A stretch of DNA of 63,129 nt. Origin: a candidate division WOR-3 bacterium. GTDB lineage: Bacteria; Hydrothermota; Tepidihabitantia; SM23-42; JAOAFX01. Both the position numbers and the translations under genes were made by a program. The notes beneath the pieces are model-generated. The model worked only from the letters and a program-made list of their open reading frames with translations. It made no database searches and was not told the origin of the DNA. Shown here piece by piece: positions 31,529 through 41,920 of this stretch; position 1 is the stretch's first letter; the number at the start of each line of letters is the position of its first letter. The stretch is from NCBI GenBank assembly GCA_965649105.1, contig CBFGJP010000003.1, positions 1-63,129 on the forward strand, written 5' to 3'.

Positions 31529-31965
31529 ATAATCAACTCCACTTTACCACCGGCCGCAATAATCTTTGCCTCTGCTTTCTTCGAAATAGCATGCGCCTTC
31601 ACAAATAATGGCTTATCAACATTCCCCTGGCTCAGGATCTTTATTCTAAAATCACCTTTTACCAAACCCCGATCTCTTAAAAATTCGGGGGTAATTTCGG
31701 TATTGGCTGGAAATTTAGTCAACTGGAAAAGATTTATTATTTCAAATTCTTGTTTTGTATAATTTTTAAAACCGCGCTTGGGAATACGCCTTGTCAATGG
31801 CATCTGGCCGCCTTCAAATCCCATTTTTACCCGATAACCGGAGCGCGCCTTATGGCCTTTGTGTCCCCGGCAAGAAGTCTTGCCATGACCGGAGCCCGGA
31901 CCACATCCTCGGCGCTTCTTTTTGTGCGTAGTTCCAATTTTAGGCCTGATCTCATTGAGCTTCAT
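31525..31965 (-). CDS. rplO: 50S ribosomal protein L15
   Basis: GSGHGKTSCRGHKG, GFEGGQMPL.RRIPKRGF. Confidence 0.98.
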   Translation of the reverse strand: MKLNEIRPKIGTTHKKKRRGCGPGSGHGKTSCRGHKGHKARSGYRVKMGFEGGQMPLTRRIPKRGFKNYTKQEFEIINLFQLTKFPANTEITPEFLRDRGLVKGDFRIKILSQGNVDKPLFVKAHAISKKAEAKIIAAGGKVELII

Positions 31966-32147
31966 TGGACGTTCTCCTCTACTTCAACCATATATGCAAC
32001 TTTCTCGATCATACCCCTCACCGCCTTGTTATCAGGCAAAATTCTTGATTGTCCAATTCTTCTCAATCCAAGTGCTTTGAGGGTAAGTTTATGTTTTTTT
32101 AATTTATCAATCGGACTCTTTTTTAATATCACTTTTATCTTCTTCAT
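31962..32147 (-). CDS. rpmD: 50S ribosomal protein L30
   Basis: KSPI, TLKALGLRRI, VRGMI.KV. Confidence 0.95.
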   Translation of the reverse strand: MKKIKVILKKSPIDKLKKHKLTLKALGLRRIGQSRILPDNKAVRGMIEKVAYMVEVEENVQ

Positions 32148-32643
32148 ATCTCTTCCTTAAAAAATATACAGTTGGTTTGTTTCTCAATTCTGCCACTGTC
32201 TGGAGTGATCTAATGGAACGGAGTGCCTTTATCGTTGCCATTGCGAGATTGGTTGAGTTCCTTGAACCGAGGGCTTTGGAAAGAATATCTCTGATACCCG
32301 CAGCCTGGCAAACAGCACGAACAGCGTTTGAAGCAATAATGCCGCTGCCTGGAAGGGCTGGTTTTAAGATTACCTTACTTGCAGAAAACTTTCCCGAAAC
32401 CGGATGTAAAATTGTACCATCAACAACATCAATCTTTACCATATTCTTCTTTGCGATCTCGGTTGCTTTCTTTATTGCCGGTGCCACCTCCGCTGATTTT
32501 GAGTGACCGATACCGACTTTGCCAGCACCATCTCCAACAACAACGCACGCATAAAGTTTCAAACGCTTACCACCCTTTATCACCTTTGATACTCTTTTTA
32601 ATTCCACGAGCCTTTCAATTAATTCTACATTATTTTCCTGCAT
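32107..32643 (-). CDS. rpsE: 30S ribosomal protein S5
   Basis: RVSKVIKGGK, VVVGDG, KPALPGSGI. Confidence 0.97.
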   Translation of the reverse strand: MQENNVELIERLVELKRVSKVIKGGKRLKLYACVVVGDGAGKVGIGHSKSAEVAPAIKKATEIAKKNMVKIDVVDGTILHPVSGKFSASKVILKPALPGSGIIASNAVRAVCQAAGIRDILSKALGSRNSTNLAMATIKALRSIRSLQTVAELRNKPTVYFLRKRYEEDKSDIKKESD

Positions 32644-32655
32644 TTAATATTCTCC

Positions 32656-32997
32656 CTAAAACTTTAATCCTGCCTGTCGGGCGCCTTCAGCAAGCGCTTT
32701 TACACGACCGTGATATTTATATCCACCACGGTCAAAACAGACAGACTCTATTCCTTTTGATTTTGCAATCTCGGCTATTTTTTTACCAACCTCAAGCGCA
32801 ATCTCGGTCTTTTTCTTTCCCTTAAATTCTTCGCCTTCCGAAGATACCCCGCATAAGACAATACCCCGTGAATCATCAATTATCTGGGCATATATGTGCC
32901 TATTACTTCTAAAAACACAAAGCCTTGGCCTGTTCTGAGAGCCGAAAATTTTCTTTCTTATTCTCTTATGCCTTTTTAATCTACCTTTTAATTTCAT
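32656..32997 (-). CDS. rplR: 50S ribosomal protein L18
   Basis: [32 protein letters not shown]. Confidence 0.98.
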   Translation of the reverse strand: MKLKGRLKRHKRIRKKIFGSQNRPRLCVFRSNRHIYAQIIDDSRGIVLCGVSSEGEEFKGKKKTEIALEVGKKIAEIAKSKGIESVCFDRGGYKYHGRVKALAEGARQAGLKF

Positions 32998-33010
32998 AGT
33001 TCTTCACCTG

Positions 33011-33583
33011 TTACGCAGTCTGACCAACTGCTCGTTTACCCACCTTCTTGCGCAATATCTCGTCCGCGTATTTTATCCCTTTATGCTTATAGGGGTCTGC
33101 TGGGCGGATCCTTCTAATCTTTGTGGCAATATCACCAAGTAATTGTTTATCAAGACTCTTCAAGGTGATATGGGTTAGGTCTCCTTTGTCCGCACTTTTG
33201 ACTGTCTGCATTTCACACTTTATCTCTGGCGGCAATTGTACCGTCACTGGTTTTGTAAAGCCTAAAAATAACTGGATACCACCGCTCGTCGGTTGTGCCC
33301 GATACCCGGTACCCTGAATTATAAGCGTCGTTGAATAACCTTCTGTCACCCCTTTAATCATATTAAGAATCAGCGTCCTTGTTGTTCCCTGGATTCCCTG
33401 GGTTAATTTTAATTCATCTTTAGGTAGCACTGCTAATGATCTGTCCTTTAATTCAAGTTGCACATGATTCGAAACGACCATCTTCAATTCACCAAGCGGT
33501 CCGCTAACCTTTACTTCCTGTCCATTGATTTCTACATTTACTTTATCAGGAATTGCTATTGGTTTGGTTCTCAGTTTCGCCAT
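33011..33583 (-). CDS. rplF: 50S ribosomal protein L6
   Basis: V.GPLG.L, NMIKGVTEGY, GTGYRA, DPYKHKGIKY; start re-called at ATG 33583. Confidence 0.96.
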   Translation of the reverse strand: MAKLRTKPIAIPDKVNVEINGQEVKVSGPLGELKMVVSNHVQLELKDRSLAVLPKDELKLTQGIQGTTRTLILNMIKGVTEGYSTTLIIQGTGYRAQPTSGGIQLFLGFTKPVTVQLPPEIKCEMQTVKSADKGDLTHITLKSLDKQLLGDIATKIRRIRPADPYKHKGIKYADEILRKKVGKRAVGQTA

Positions 33584-33600
33584 AATCACCCCTTTTTATT

Positions 33601-33993
33601 TTAATATACATAGCCTATGACTTCACCACCGATTTTTTTACGCCGTGCTTCCCGGTCGGTCATCACACCCTTGGAAGTGGTTAAAATCGCCACCCCTATT
33701 CCGTTTAAGACCGATGGGATTTCGTCCTTTGAAACATATACCCTTCGGGAACACCTTGATACCCTCTGGATATCTCGAATCACCGACTCACCTTCTTTTG
33801 AATACTTCAGCATCACCTTTATTTTGCGCGGCTTTCGCTCTGAATCAATGGTAAAATTGTTAATAAACCCTTCTTCGAGGAGAATCCTCAAGACATCAAC
33901 ATGTAATTTCGAATAAGGCACAACCACCTCTACCTTATTTGCGCGACAGCCATTCCTGATAATAGAAAACATATCAGCAATTGGATCAACCAC
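33601..33993 (-). CDS. rpsH: 30S ribosomal protein S8
   Basis: DPIADM..IRN, LTTSKGVMTDREAR, GGEV. Confidence 0.98.
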   Translation of the reverse strand: MVDPIADMFSIIRNGCRANKVEVVVPYSKLHVDVLRILLEEGFINNFTIDSERKPRKIKVMLKYSKEGESVIRDIQRVSRCSRRVYVSKDEIPSVLNGIGVAILTTSKGVMTDREARRKKIGGEVIGYVY

Positions 33994-34065
33994 CGATGCC
34001 TCCTAATATTAATTTATGCTCAATATTATTTCTATTGAAATTTATATTTGTAAACATAGACTGTT

Positions 34066-34093
34066 ATTATAATCATTTTTTTAAAAAAGTCAA
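34066..34093 (-). promoter_or_regulatory. Sigma70-like promoter of the rpsH-led operon
   Basis: TTGACT-N16-TATAAT. Confidence 0.85.
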
Positions 34094-34112
34094 GAAAAAA
34101 GTGCACTGAGTC

Positions 34113-34325
34113 CTACTTTCGAAAAATCAAATTAAGAATAATGGTTAGTATTATTGATAATATAATGCTGGTTATAATCGGAATATAAAAGATAAAATTG
34201 TCTTTTTTTATAACAATATCTCCGGGCAACCTGAAAATTAAAGTTTTGGGCAAAACTAAGAATAAAAAACCACTGACAATAAATATAATACCTAAAAGTA
34301 TCAATATTTTTCCAATATTGAACAT
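34113..34325 (-). CDS. DUF2905-like small membrane protein
   Basis: GKILI.LG, RLPGDI, FYIPIITSII. Confidence 0.85.
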   Translation of the reverse strand: MFNIGKILILLGIIFIVSGFLFLVLPKTLIFRLPGDIVIKKDNFIFYIPIITSIILSIILTIILNLIFRK

Positions 34326-34337
34326 AGTGAATTTATA

Positions 34338-34601
34338 TTATGAATCTTTTTTGTGGGTGATTGCTGGTTTGTCGGCTGGCTTTTCTAATTTAGATTTTTT
34401 TTCTTCTTTAGGCAGACACGCCTTTTTGTAGTCAGTTATATAAAAACCACTCCCTTTGAAAATTAGGCCCGCTCCTCCGGAAATCAACCTTCTAACCTCT
34501 CCACCACATTTTGGACATTTTTCAAGCTTCGGCTCGTTGATACCCTGAAGTACCTCAAAAAGATATTTGCATTGATTACATTCGTATTCGTAGATGGGCA
34601 T
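34338..34601 (-). CDS. FmdB-family zinc-ribbon protein
   Basis: MPIYEYECNQC...CPKCGG...FKGSGFYITDY; start re-called at ATG 34601. Confidence 0.9.
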   Translation of the reverse strand: MPIYEYECNQCKYLFEVLQGINEPKLEKCPKCGGEVRRLISGGAGLIFKGSGFYITDYKKACLPKEEKKSKLEKPADKPAITHKKDS

Positions 34602-34620
34602 AATCAAAACTGATGAGAAA

Positions 34621-34665
34621 AGGGTTGGGAGTGAGATGCGGGCTGAGCATCCCAACCCCAACCCT
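34621..34665 (-). terminator. Probable intrinsic terminator after groEL
   Basis: 19-bp imperfect stem with 7-nt loop (two GU pairs on the minus strand), followed by UUUCUC. Confidence 0.65.
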
Positions 34666-34676
34666 CAAAATACTTC

Positions 34677-36604
<1,928 letters not shown>

Positions 36605-36664
36605 ATTAATACCTCCTTTCTTTCAATTTTTGATAAAATATCCCCTATCCTTAAACAACTAATC

Positions 36665-36738
36665 TGGGCGAAACCCGATTTGAACGGGTGACCTTCTGCT
36701 TGTAAGGCAGACGCTCTCACCATCTGAGCTATTCGCCC
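36665..36738 (-). tRNA. tRNA-Val(TAC), CCA not encoded
   Basis: GGGCGAA TAGCTCAGATGGTGAGAGC TCTGC CT-TAC-AA GCAGA ... TTCAAAT ... TTCGCCCA cloverleaf. Confidence 0.96.
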
Positions 36739-36750
36739 TTTAGACTTTCT

Positions 36751-36778
36751 ATTATAATCAAAAGTTTAGTTTTGTCAA
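36751..36778 (-). promoter_or_regulatory. Sigma70-like promoter of tRNA-Val
   Basis: TTGACA-N16-TATAAT. Confidence 0.88.
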
Positions 36779-36781
36779 TAT

Positions 36782-36809
36782 TTGACATTTTTAAGATTTT
36801 GGTTATAAT
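36782..36809 (+). promoter_or_regulatory. Sigma70-like promoter driving the ncRNA candidate
   Basis: TTGACA-N16-TATAAT, back-to-back with the tRNA-Val promoter. Confidence 0.88.
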
Positions 36810-36815
36810 ATCATT

Positions 36816-36900
36816 GGCTCTGTTAGAACCACTGTATCCTATTAAAAACCCGTACTCCCTCCTACGGGCTAAAGATACAGCCGGGAATTCTAATGGAGCC
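36816..36900 (+). ncRNA. Candidate 85-nt structured small RNA of unknown family
   Basis: Begins 7 nt after the -10 box; nested 13-, 7- and 6-bp helices; CUCCCUCC loop; followed by a U7 run; no ORF. Confidence 0.7.
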
Positions 36901-37069
36901 ACATTTTTTTAAAATCTGATCCCCGATTGATTTGTCAAACCCACTTCAAAAACCGTAATTCAATCTATAGTTGCAAAATGTCTTTTCTCACCCGGGCTCG
37001 TCTGTCATTAAGAAAAATAAACACTCAGAAACGAAAATTATAATCGGACGAGGGAGAAAAATTTCAATA

Positions 37070-37097
37070 TTGACAATCTCGGCTTGTTAGATATAAT
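37070..37097 (+). promoter_or_regulatory. Sigma70-like promoter of tRNA(CAT)
   Basis: TTGACA-N16-TATAAT. Confidence 0.88.
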
Positions 37098-37130
37098 ATG
37101 ACTCGTGGGAATGATAGGTTAGAGGAAAAA

Positions 37131-37204
37131 GGGCCCGTAGCTCAGGTGGTTAGAGCAGCTGACTCATAATCAGCGGGTCGTGGGTTCAAGTCCTACCGGG
37201 CCCA
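37131..37204 (+). tRNA. tRNA with CAT anticodon, probably Ile2 (lysidine); elongator Met not excluded
   Basis: Cloverleaf GGGCCCG...GCTGA CT-CAT-AA TCAGC...CGGGCCCA; G1-C72 paired so not initiator; C4-G69; CCA not encoded. Confidence 0.93.
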
Positions 37205-37213
37205 TTTTTAATA

Positions 37214-37612
37214 ATGAAATGGCAAATCCATCCAGCAAAGACACATATAACAAAGACAATCTTAAGCACTGTCTTTATTATCATTTTTGTCACTCTCATC
37301 GCGATTTTTTATAATCTTTACTGGGCACTGCTTGGTGCAATTTTTCTCTTCGCTTCTCTAAATGCTTATTATTTTCCCACTGAATACGAAATCACCGAAG
37401 ATGAGATAATTATAAAAACAATCTTCTCAACTAACAAACGGCAACTTAAAGAATTCAAAAAATTATATATTGGGAAAAACGGCATTCTTTTGAGCCCATT
37501 TAGCCATAAGACTTTTTTAAATAACTTTCGGGGGGTGTTCCTTTTATTGCCCGAAGAACGTAATGAAATAATAAATTTTCTCAAAGGTAAATTCAATGAA
37601 GACAATAGATGA
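37214..37612 (+). CDS. Hypothetical membrane protein (two TM helices plus a soluble domain)
   Basis: 132-aa ORF directly after the tRNA, overlapping the next gene. Confidence 0.75.
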   Translation: MKWQIHPAKTHITKTILSTVFIIIFVTLIAIFYNLYWALLGAIFLFASLNAYYFPTEYEITEDEIIIKTIFSTNKRQLKEFKKLYIGKNGILLSPFSHKTFLNNFRGVFLLLPEERNEIINFLKGKFNEDNR

Positions 37613-39092
37613 TGTTTTGATTCAAAGATATGCCAATGATTTTGACATTCCTTACGAACTCGCCTGGATAATTAGTAAAAGATTCCCTGATTATAATGAG
37701 GCAAAAAATTTTTTGCAACCCAAATTAGACCAGTTAAACAATCCTGAAGCACTACCCGATATAAAGGAAGCAGTTGAAATCTTGCTCCAGGGACTCCAGA
37801 ATAATGAAAACATCCTTATCTACACCCACGATGACCCAGACGGATATACATCCGCAACTGTCCTTTATCAAACACTTCTCGACATAACACGTAAGGGGCG
37901 ACCTGAAATATTTGTCTATCCCATTAACCGCGAAAGGGATGGATATGTTTTGAATCCATATGTATTAAAAGAGTATATTGAAAAGGGCGTCAAAATCCTT
38001 GTGACTGTTGATTTTGGTATAAGCAATCCTAAAAATTTCGAGATCGCCAAAGAGCTGGGATTGAAACTCGTCTTATGCGACCACCATGAAACCGAATTGA
38101 AAGAATTTCCATTTCCTGCTGTGGACCCAAAACGCAAGGATTCAAAATACCCATTCCGCGAACTCGCCGGTGTCGGTGTGACGCTTAAATTATGTCAGAT
38201 GCTTTATAAAACTGCATTGAACATTGAGGAAAGAGAATTTTTTAAACTAAAAAAAGAATACATTGCCATCACAATGATTGGAACGCTTGCAGACAGGGTA
38301 TTGCCCCTTGGCGAAAATCGTGTTCTGTGTTATGAAGGCATAAAAGTTTTTAAGGAAATTGATAGACTCTGGGCAAGAAATTTTTTGATTGACAACGCAA
38401 TCAGTATCCCACAGGTTTTTGATAAAATAATCCCGCTGTTGCAGTCTGCAGCATTAGAAGATTCACGCCTGGGTATTGATTTTTTTATCGCACCTGATTT
38501 TTTAAATGTCGTCGAAAAATTGAAATCAATAGAAAATGAAAGAAAAGAAAACATTGAATATCTGTTCCAGGTGGCACTTGATGTTGCCAAAGTCTATCCC
38601 AATATTGTAATATCGATCATTCCTTATGAGGTCGTAAATGAAAAACAAAAAACAAAGTTAAACAATCTTGGTGCGGTGGTATCAAAATTGCGCGACTGTT
38701 TTCATAAGACAGCGGTAGCAATGATAACAAAAGAAGAAAAATGCTATGCAGAATTACGGTCTTATGATATCAATCTTTTTGAATTTTTGAATAAATCAAA
38801 AGACCTTTTTATTGACTTTGGGGGTCACAAAAGGGCCGCCGGTTTTTCAATGTTAGAAAAAAATCTTGATAAATTTGTTGATTATGCGACAAAAGTTTTA
38901 CCTGAACCCGAAACAGAAAAAAGAAAACATATAGAACCTGAGGCAATAATTGATAAATCAAAGATAAAACTTCTTGACCCATTGTTGCCTTTTGGCGAAG
39001 GCAATCCGTCACCACTATTGACTGACGGCATTGATTTATATACAATAGATAACAGGTTGAATATTATTGAGATAGGACTATGGCAAACTTAA
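37596..39092 (+). CDS. RecJ-like DHH/DHHA1 phosphoesterase
   Basis: HDDPDG, TVDFG, CDHH, LAGVGV, GTLAD, FGGHKRAAGF, PFGEGNP.P. Confidence 0.85.
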   Translation: MKTIDDVLIQRYANDFDIPYELAWIISKRFPDYNEAKNFLQPKLDQLNNPEALPDIKEAVEILLQGLQNNENILIYTHDDPDGYTSATVLYQTLLDITRKGRPEIFVYPINRERDGYVLNPYVLKEYIEKGVKILVTVDFGISNPKNFEIAKELGLKLVLCDHHETELKEFPFPAVDPKRKDSKYPFRELAGVGVTLKLCQMLYKTALNIEEREFFKLKKEYIAITMIGTLADRVLPLGENRVLCYEGIKVFKEIDRLWARNFLIDNAISIPQVFDKIIPLLQSAALEDSRLGIDFFIAPDFLNVVEKLKSIENERKENIEYLFQVALDVAKVYPNIVISIIPYEVVNEKQKTKLNNLGAVVSKLRDCFHKTAVAMITKEEKCYAELRSYDINLFEFLNKSKDLFIDFGGHKRAAGFSMLEKNLDKFVDYATKVLPEPETEKRKHIEPEAIIDKSKIKLLDPLLPFGEGNPSPLLTDGIDLYTIDNRLNIIEIGLWQT

Positions 39093-39676
39093 ATTATAAC
39101 CTTAAAGAACTTAATCTGAAGATTGTCTATTATGGGACCGGTTTATGCGGTAAGACAACAAATCTCCGTTCTATATACGCAGCATTCCCCCAGGAAAGAA
39201 AAGGGAAGATGATGAGCCTTGCTACAGAACTTGACCAGACACTATTCTTTGACCTCTTACCACTTGATATGGGTAGTGTAAAAGGATGGAAACTACGATT
39301 CCATTTATTTACGGTCCCCGGTCAGGTTTATTATAATGTCTCAAGGAAACTTGTTTTAAGGGGTGTTGATGGACTCGTTTTTGTTGTCGATTCCCAAGAA
39401 GAAAGATTGGAAGAAAATATTGAAAGTTTTAACAATTTAAAGGACAACCTCCAATCTTACGGATTGAGTATCAAAGACATTCCTATGGTGATGCAATATA
39501 ATAAAAGAGATCTGCCCAATATTATGCCGATAAGCGACCTTCAATTGTACATAAACCAGGATGGATATACCTATTTTGAGGCTGTCGCCATAAGGGGAAT
39601 TGGGGTCTTTGATACCTTAAAATCCATCTGTCAGAAGACCATCCTTAAACAGATTGATAGCATCCCGGAAGTATAA
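39080..39676 (+). CDS. mglA: MglA-family small Ras-like GTPase
   Basis: KIVYYG.GLCGKTTNL, TLFFD, TVPGQ, GVDGLVFVVDSQ, NKRDL. Confidence 0.92.
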   Translation: MANLNYNLKELNLKIVYYGTGLCGKTTNLRSIYAAFPQERKGKMMSLATELDQTLFFDLLPLDMGSVKGWKLRFHLFTVPGQVYYNVSRKLVLRGVDGLVFVVDSQEERLEENIESFNNLKDNLQSYGLSIKDIPMVMQYNKRDLPNIMPISDLQLYINQDGYTYFEAVAIRGIGVFDTLKSICQKTILKQIDSIPEV

Positions 39677-39691
39677 ATTCCGATAATATCC

Positions 39692-39719
39692 TTGACTTTT
39701 ACAGAATTTTCGATAAAAT
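39692..39719 (+). promoter_or_regulatory. Sigma70-like promoter, leaderless ribBA
   Basis: TTGACT-N16-TAAAAT-N6-ATG. Confidence 0.83.
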
Positions 39720-39725
39720 ATTTGT

Positions 39726-40958
39726 ATGCTTGATACAATTGAAGAGGCAATCCGGGAGATAAAAAAGGGTAAACCCGTAATTGTGGTTGATGATGAAAAT
39801 CGCGAAAATGAAGGGGATTTTATTGCTGCGGCAGCAAAGATAACACCGAAACTCGTAAATTTTATGGCGCAGTATGGACGTGGACTTATTTGCGTTGCCC
39901 TTCCTGCTGAACGACTTGAACAACTGGATATTCCGATAATGGTAAATAACAATACCGCAAAATTTCAAACCCCATTTGCGGTAAGTGTTGATTATAAAAT
40001 AGGGACAACAACCGGTATATCTGCATTTGACCGTGCAAAAACGATTAAGGCACTTATAAACAAGGATACAAAACCTGAAGAACTTGCCCGTCCGGGCCAT
40101 ATATTTCCGTTGCGGGCAATGGAAGGCGGGGTATTAAGGCGTGCAGGTCATACTGAGGCAAGCATAGACCTCGCGCGGCTTGCCGGGCTTTATCCGGGTG
40201 GTGTTTTATGTGAAATAATGGACAGCGATGGTAGAATGGCAAAATTACCCAAATTAAAAAAACTCGCGAAGAGGTTTAATCTCGCAATTATAACAATAAA
40301 AGATCTGATTGAGTATCGCCGGAGAAGAGAAAAACTAATTGAAAAAATCCTTGAAACAAAATTTCCCACCAAGTACGGAGATTTCCGACTCCTTCTATAT
40401 GAGGATAAAATCAACAATGAACACCACATCGCCCTGGTATTGGGCAATGTGGCGGGGAAAAGAGATGTCCTTGTTCGAGTGCATTCCCAGTGTCTAACCG
40501 GTGATGTTTTTCACTCGCTGAGATGCGACTGTGGAGACCAGCTTGAAAAGGCACTCCAGTTGATTGCACGAAATAAATTAGGTGTATTTCTATATATGAG
40601 GCAGGAAGGCAGGGGTATAGGACTAGTAAATAAATTAAAGGCGTATCACCTACAGGATAAAGGATTGGATACAGTTGAAGCAAATATCAAACTTGGTTTT
40701 CCACCGGATTTGAGGGATTATGGGATCGGTGCCCAGATACTTGCGGATCTCGGACTTTCCACCGTGAGACTGCTTACGAATAATCCGAAAAAGATAATAG
40801 GACTGGAGGGTTATGGACTGGAGGTAGTTGAACAGATTCCAATCTTTGCACCGAATAAATGCAATATAAATTATTTGAAGACAAAAAGAAAAAAACTTGG
40901 GCATTTAATACCTGATGCAGTAATAAATGACCCCAATCTTAAAGGAGGCAGTATATGA
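39726..40958 (+). CDS. ribBA: DHBP synthase / GTP cyclohydrolase II
   Basis: [39 protein letters not shown]. Confidence 0.98.
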   Translation: MLDTIEEAIREIKKGKPVIVVDDENRENEGDFIAAAAKITPKLVNFMAQYGRGLICVALPAERLEQLDIPIMVNNNTAKFQTPFAVSVDYKIGTTTGISAFDRAKTIKALINKDTKPEELARPGHIFPLRAMEGGVLRRAGHTEASIDLARLAGLYPGGVLCEIMDSDGRMAKLPKLKKLAKRFNLAIITIKDLIEYRRRREKLIEKILETKFPTKYGDFRLLLYEDKINNEHHIALVLGNVAGKRDVLVRVHSQCLTGDVFHSLRCDCGDQLEKALQLIARNKLGVFLYMRQEGRGIGLVNKLKAYHLQDKGLDTVEANIKLGFPPDLRDYGIGAQILADLGLSTVRLLTNNPKKIIGLEGYGLEVVEQIPIFAPNKCNINYLKTKRKKLGHLIPDAVINDPNLKGGSI

Positions 40959-41416
40959 AAGAAATAAGAGGGAATCTCATTGGCACAGGTAAAAAATTCG
41001 CCATTGTCGTATCTCGATTTAATGAATTTATATCACGGAGACTTCTTGATGGCGCAATTGACTGCCTGTTGAGACACAATGTCAATGAAAAAGACATTAT
41101 TATCTACTGGGTCCCCGGGAGTTTTGAAATTCCCGGGATGGTAAGGAGATTGCGCGATAAAAGGTTTGATTGTATAATATGCCTTGGTGCAGTGATAAGG
41201 GGTGATACACCCCATTTTGATTATATCGCAAGCGAAGTTACCAAAGGAATAGCCCAGTTAAACCTTGAACCAGGTTCACCGGTAGTTTACGGGGTGATTA
41301 CTGCAGACTCAACTGACCAGGCGATTGAACGAGCCGGAACTAAGATGGGTAATAAAGGATGGGATGCAGCGTTGACTGGTCTTGAACTTGTTGACCTTTA
41401 TGCACAAATGAAATGA
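40955..41416 (+). CDS. ribH: Lumazine synthase
   Basis: [30 protein letters not shown]. Confidence 0.98.
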   Translation: MKEIRGNLIGTGKKFAIVVSRFNEFISRRLLDGAIDCLLRHNVNEKDIIIYWVPGSFEIPGMVRRLRDKRFDCIICLGAVIRGDTPHFDYIASEVTKGIAQLNLEPGSPVVYGVITADSTDQAIERAGTKMGNKGWDAALTGLELVDLYAQMK

Positions 41417-41431
41417 CAGAAGATATATTGT

Positions 41432-41459
41432 TTGAACAACCACATCAGGTTATTAAAAT
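41432..41459 (+). promoter_or_regulatory. Possible internal promoter for nusB
   Basis: TTGAAC-N16-TAAAAT. Confidence 0.5.
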
Positions 41460-41488
41460 CGAGAACAGTCTTAATTATCTAACCAGAT

Positions 41489-41920
41489 ATGAGTCGCCAT
41501 CTTGCCCGTGAACTTGCACTAAAGATTCTTTACGCTCATGAATGTGGAAGAGAAGAGACACAAAAGGTAATCAATGAAATTCTCAGTAAAAAAAAATATC
41601 AGGATTCCGACAAAAACTTTGCCACTACCCTAACAATGCTTACCATAGAGCATTTGGTTAAAATAGACGATTATATCAAGGGGGCTTTACAGAATTGGGA
41701 ATTTGAAAGGATTGGGACGATTGATAAATTGATATTGAGAATGGGCATTTGCGAATTCCTTTTCTTTGATGATATTCCATTTGAAGTAACAATAAACGAA
41801 GCAATCGAACTCTCCAAGAAATTTGGTACGGATGAATCAAATAAATTTGTTAATGGCGTCCTTGATGCCATTGCAAAAAAAATAAAGATTGAGAAAAATG
41901 AAAGCAGCGATAATAAGTGA
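41489..41920 (+). CDS. nusB: Transcription antitermination factor NusB
   Basis: RHLARE, ILRMG, INEAIEL.K.FG, FVNGVLD. Confidence 0.96.
   Translation: MSRHLARELALKILYAHECGREETQKVINEILSKKKYQDSDKNFATTLTMLTIEHLVKIDDYIKGALQNWEFERIGTIDKLILRMGICEFLFFDDIPFEVTINEAIELSKKFGTDESNKFVNGVLDAIAKKIKIEKNESSDNK

Noticed and set aside
32107-32147. 41-nt overlap of rpsE and rpmD
   Set aside because: Simple stop-codon drift of the variable S5 tail; both proteins look intact.
36816-36900. SRP (4.5S) RNA identity for the ncRNA candidate, because it starts GGCUCUGUU like E. coli 4.5S
   Set aside because: The conserved helix-8 core (CAGG...GNRA tetraloop...AGCA) is absent on both strands.
36910-37065. 155-bp gap between the ncRNA candidate and the tRNA promoter
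   Set aside because: No ORF longer than a few codons, no convincing structure, and the reverse TATAAT has no -35 at 16-17 bp.
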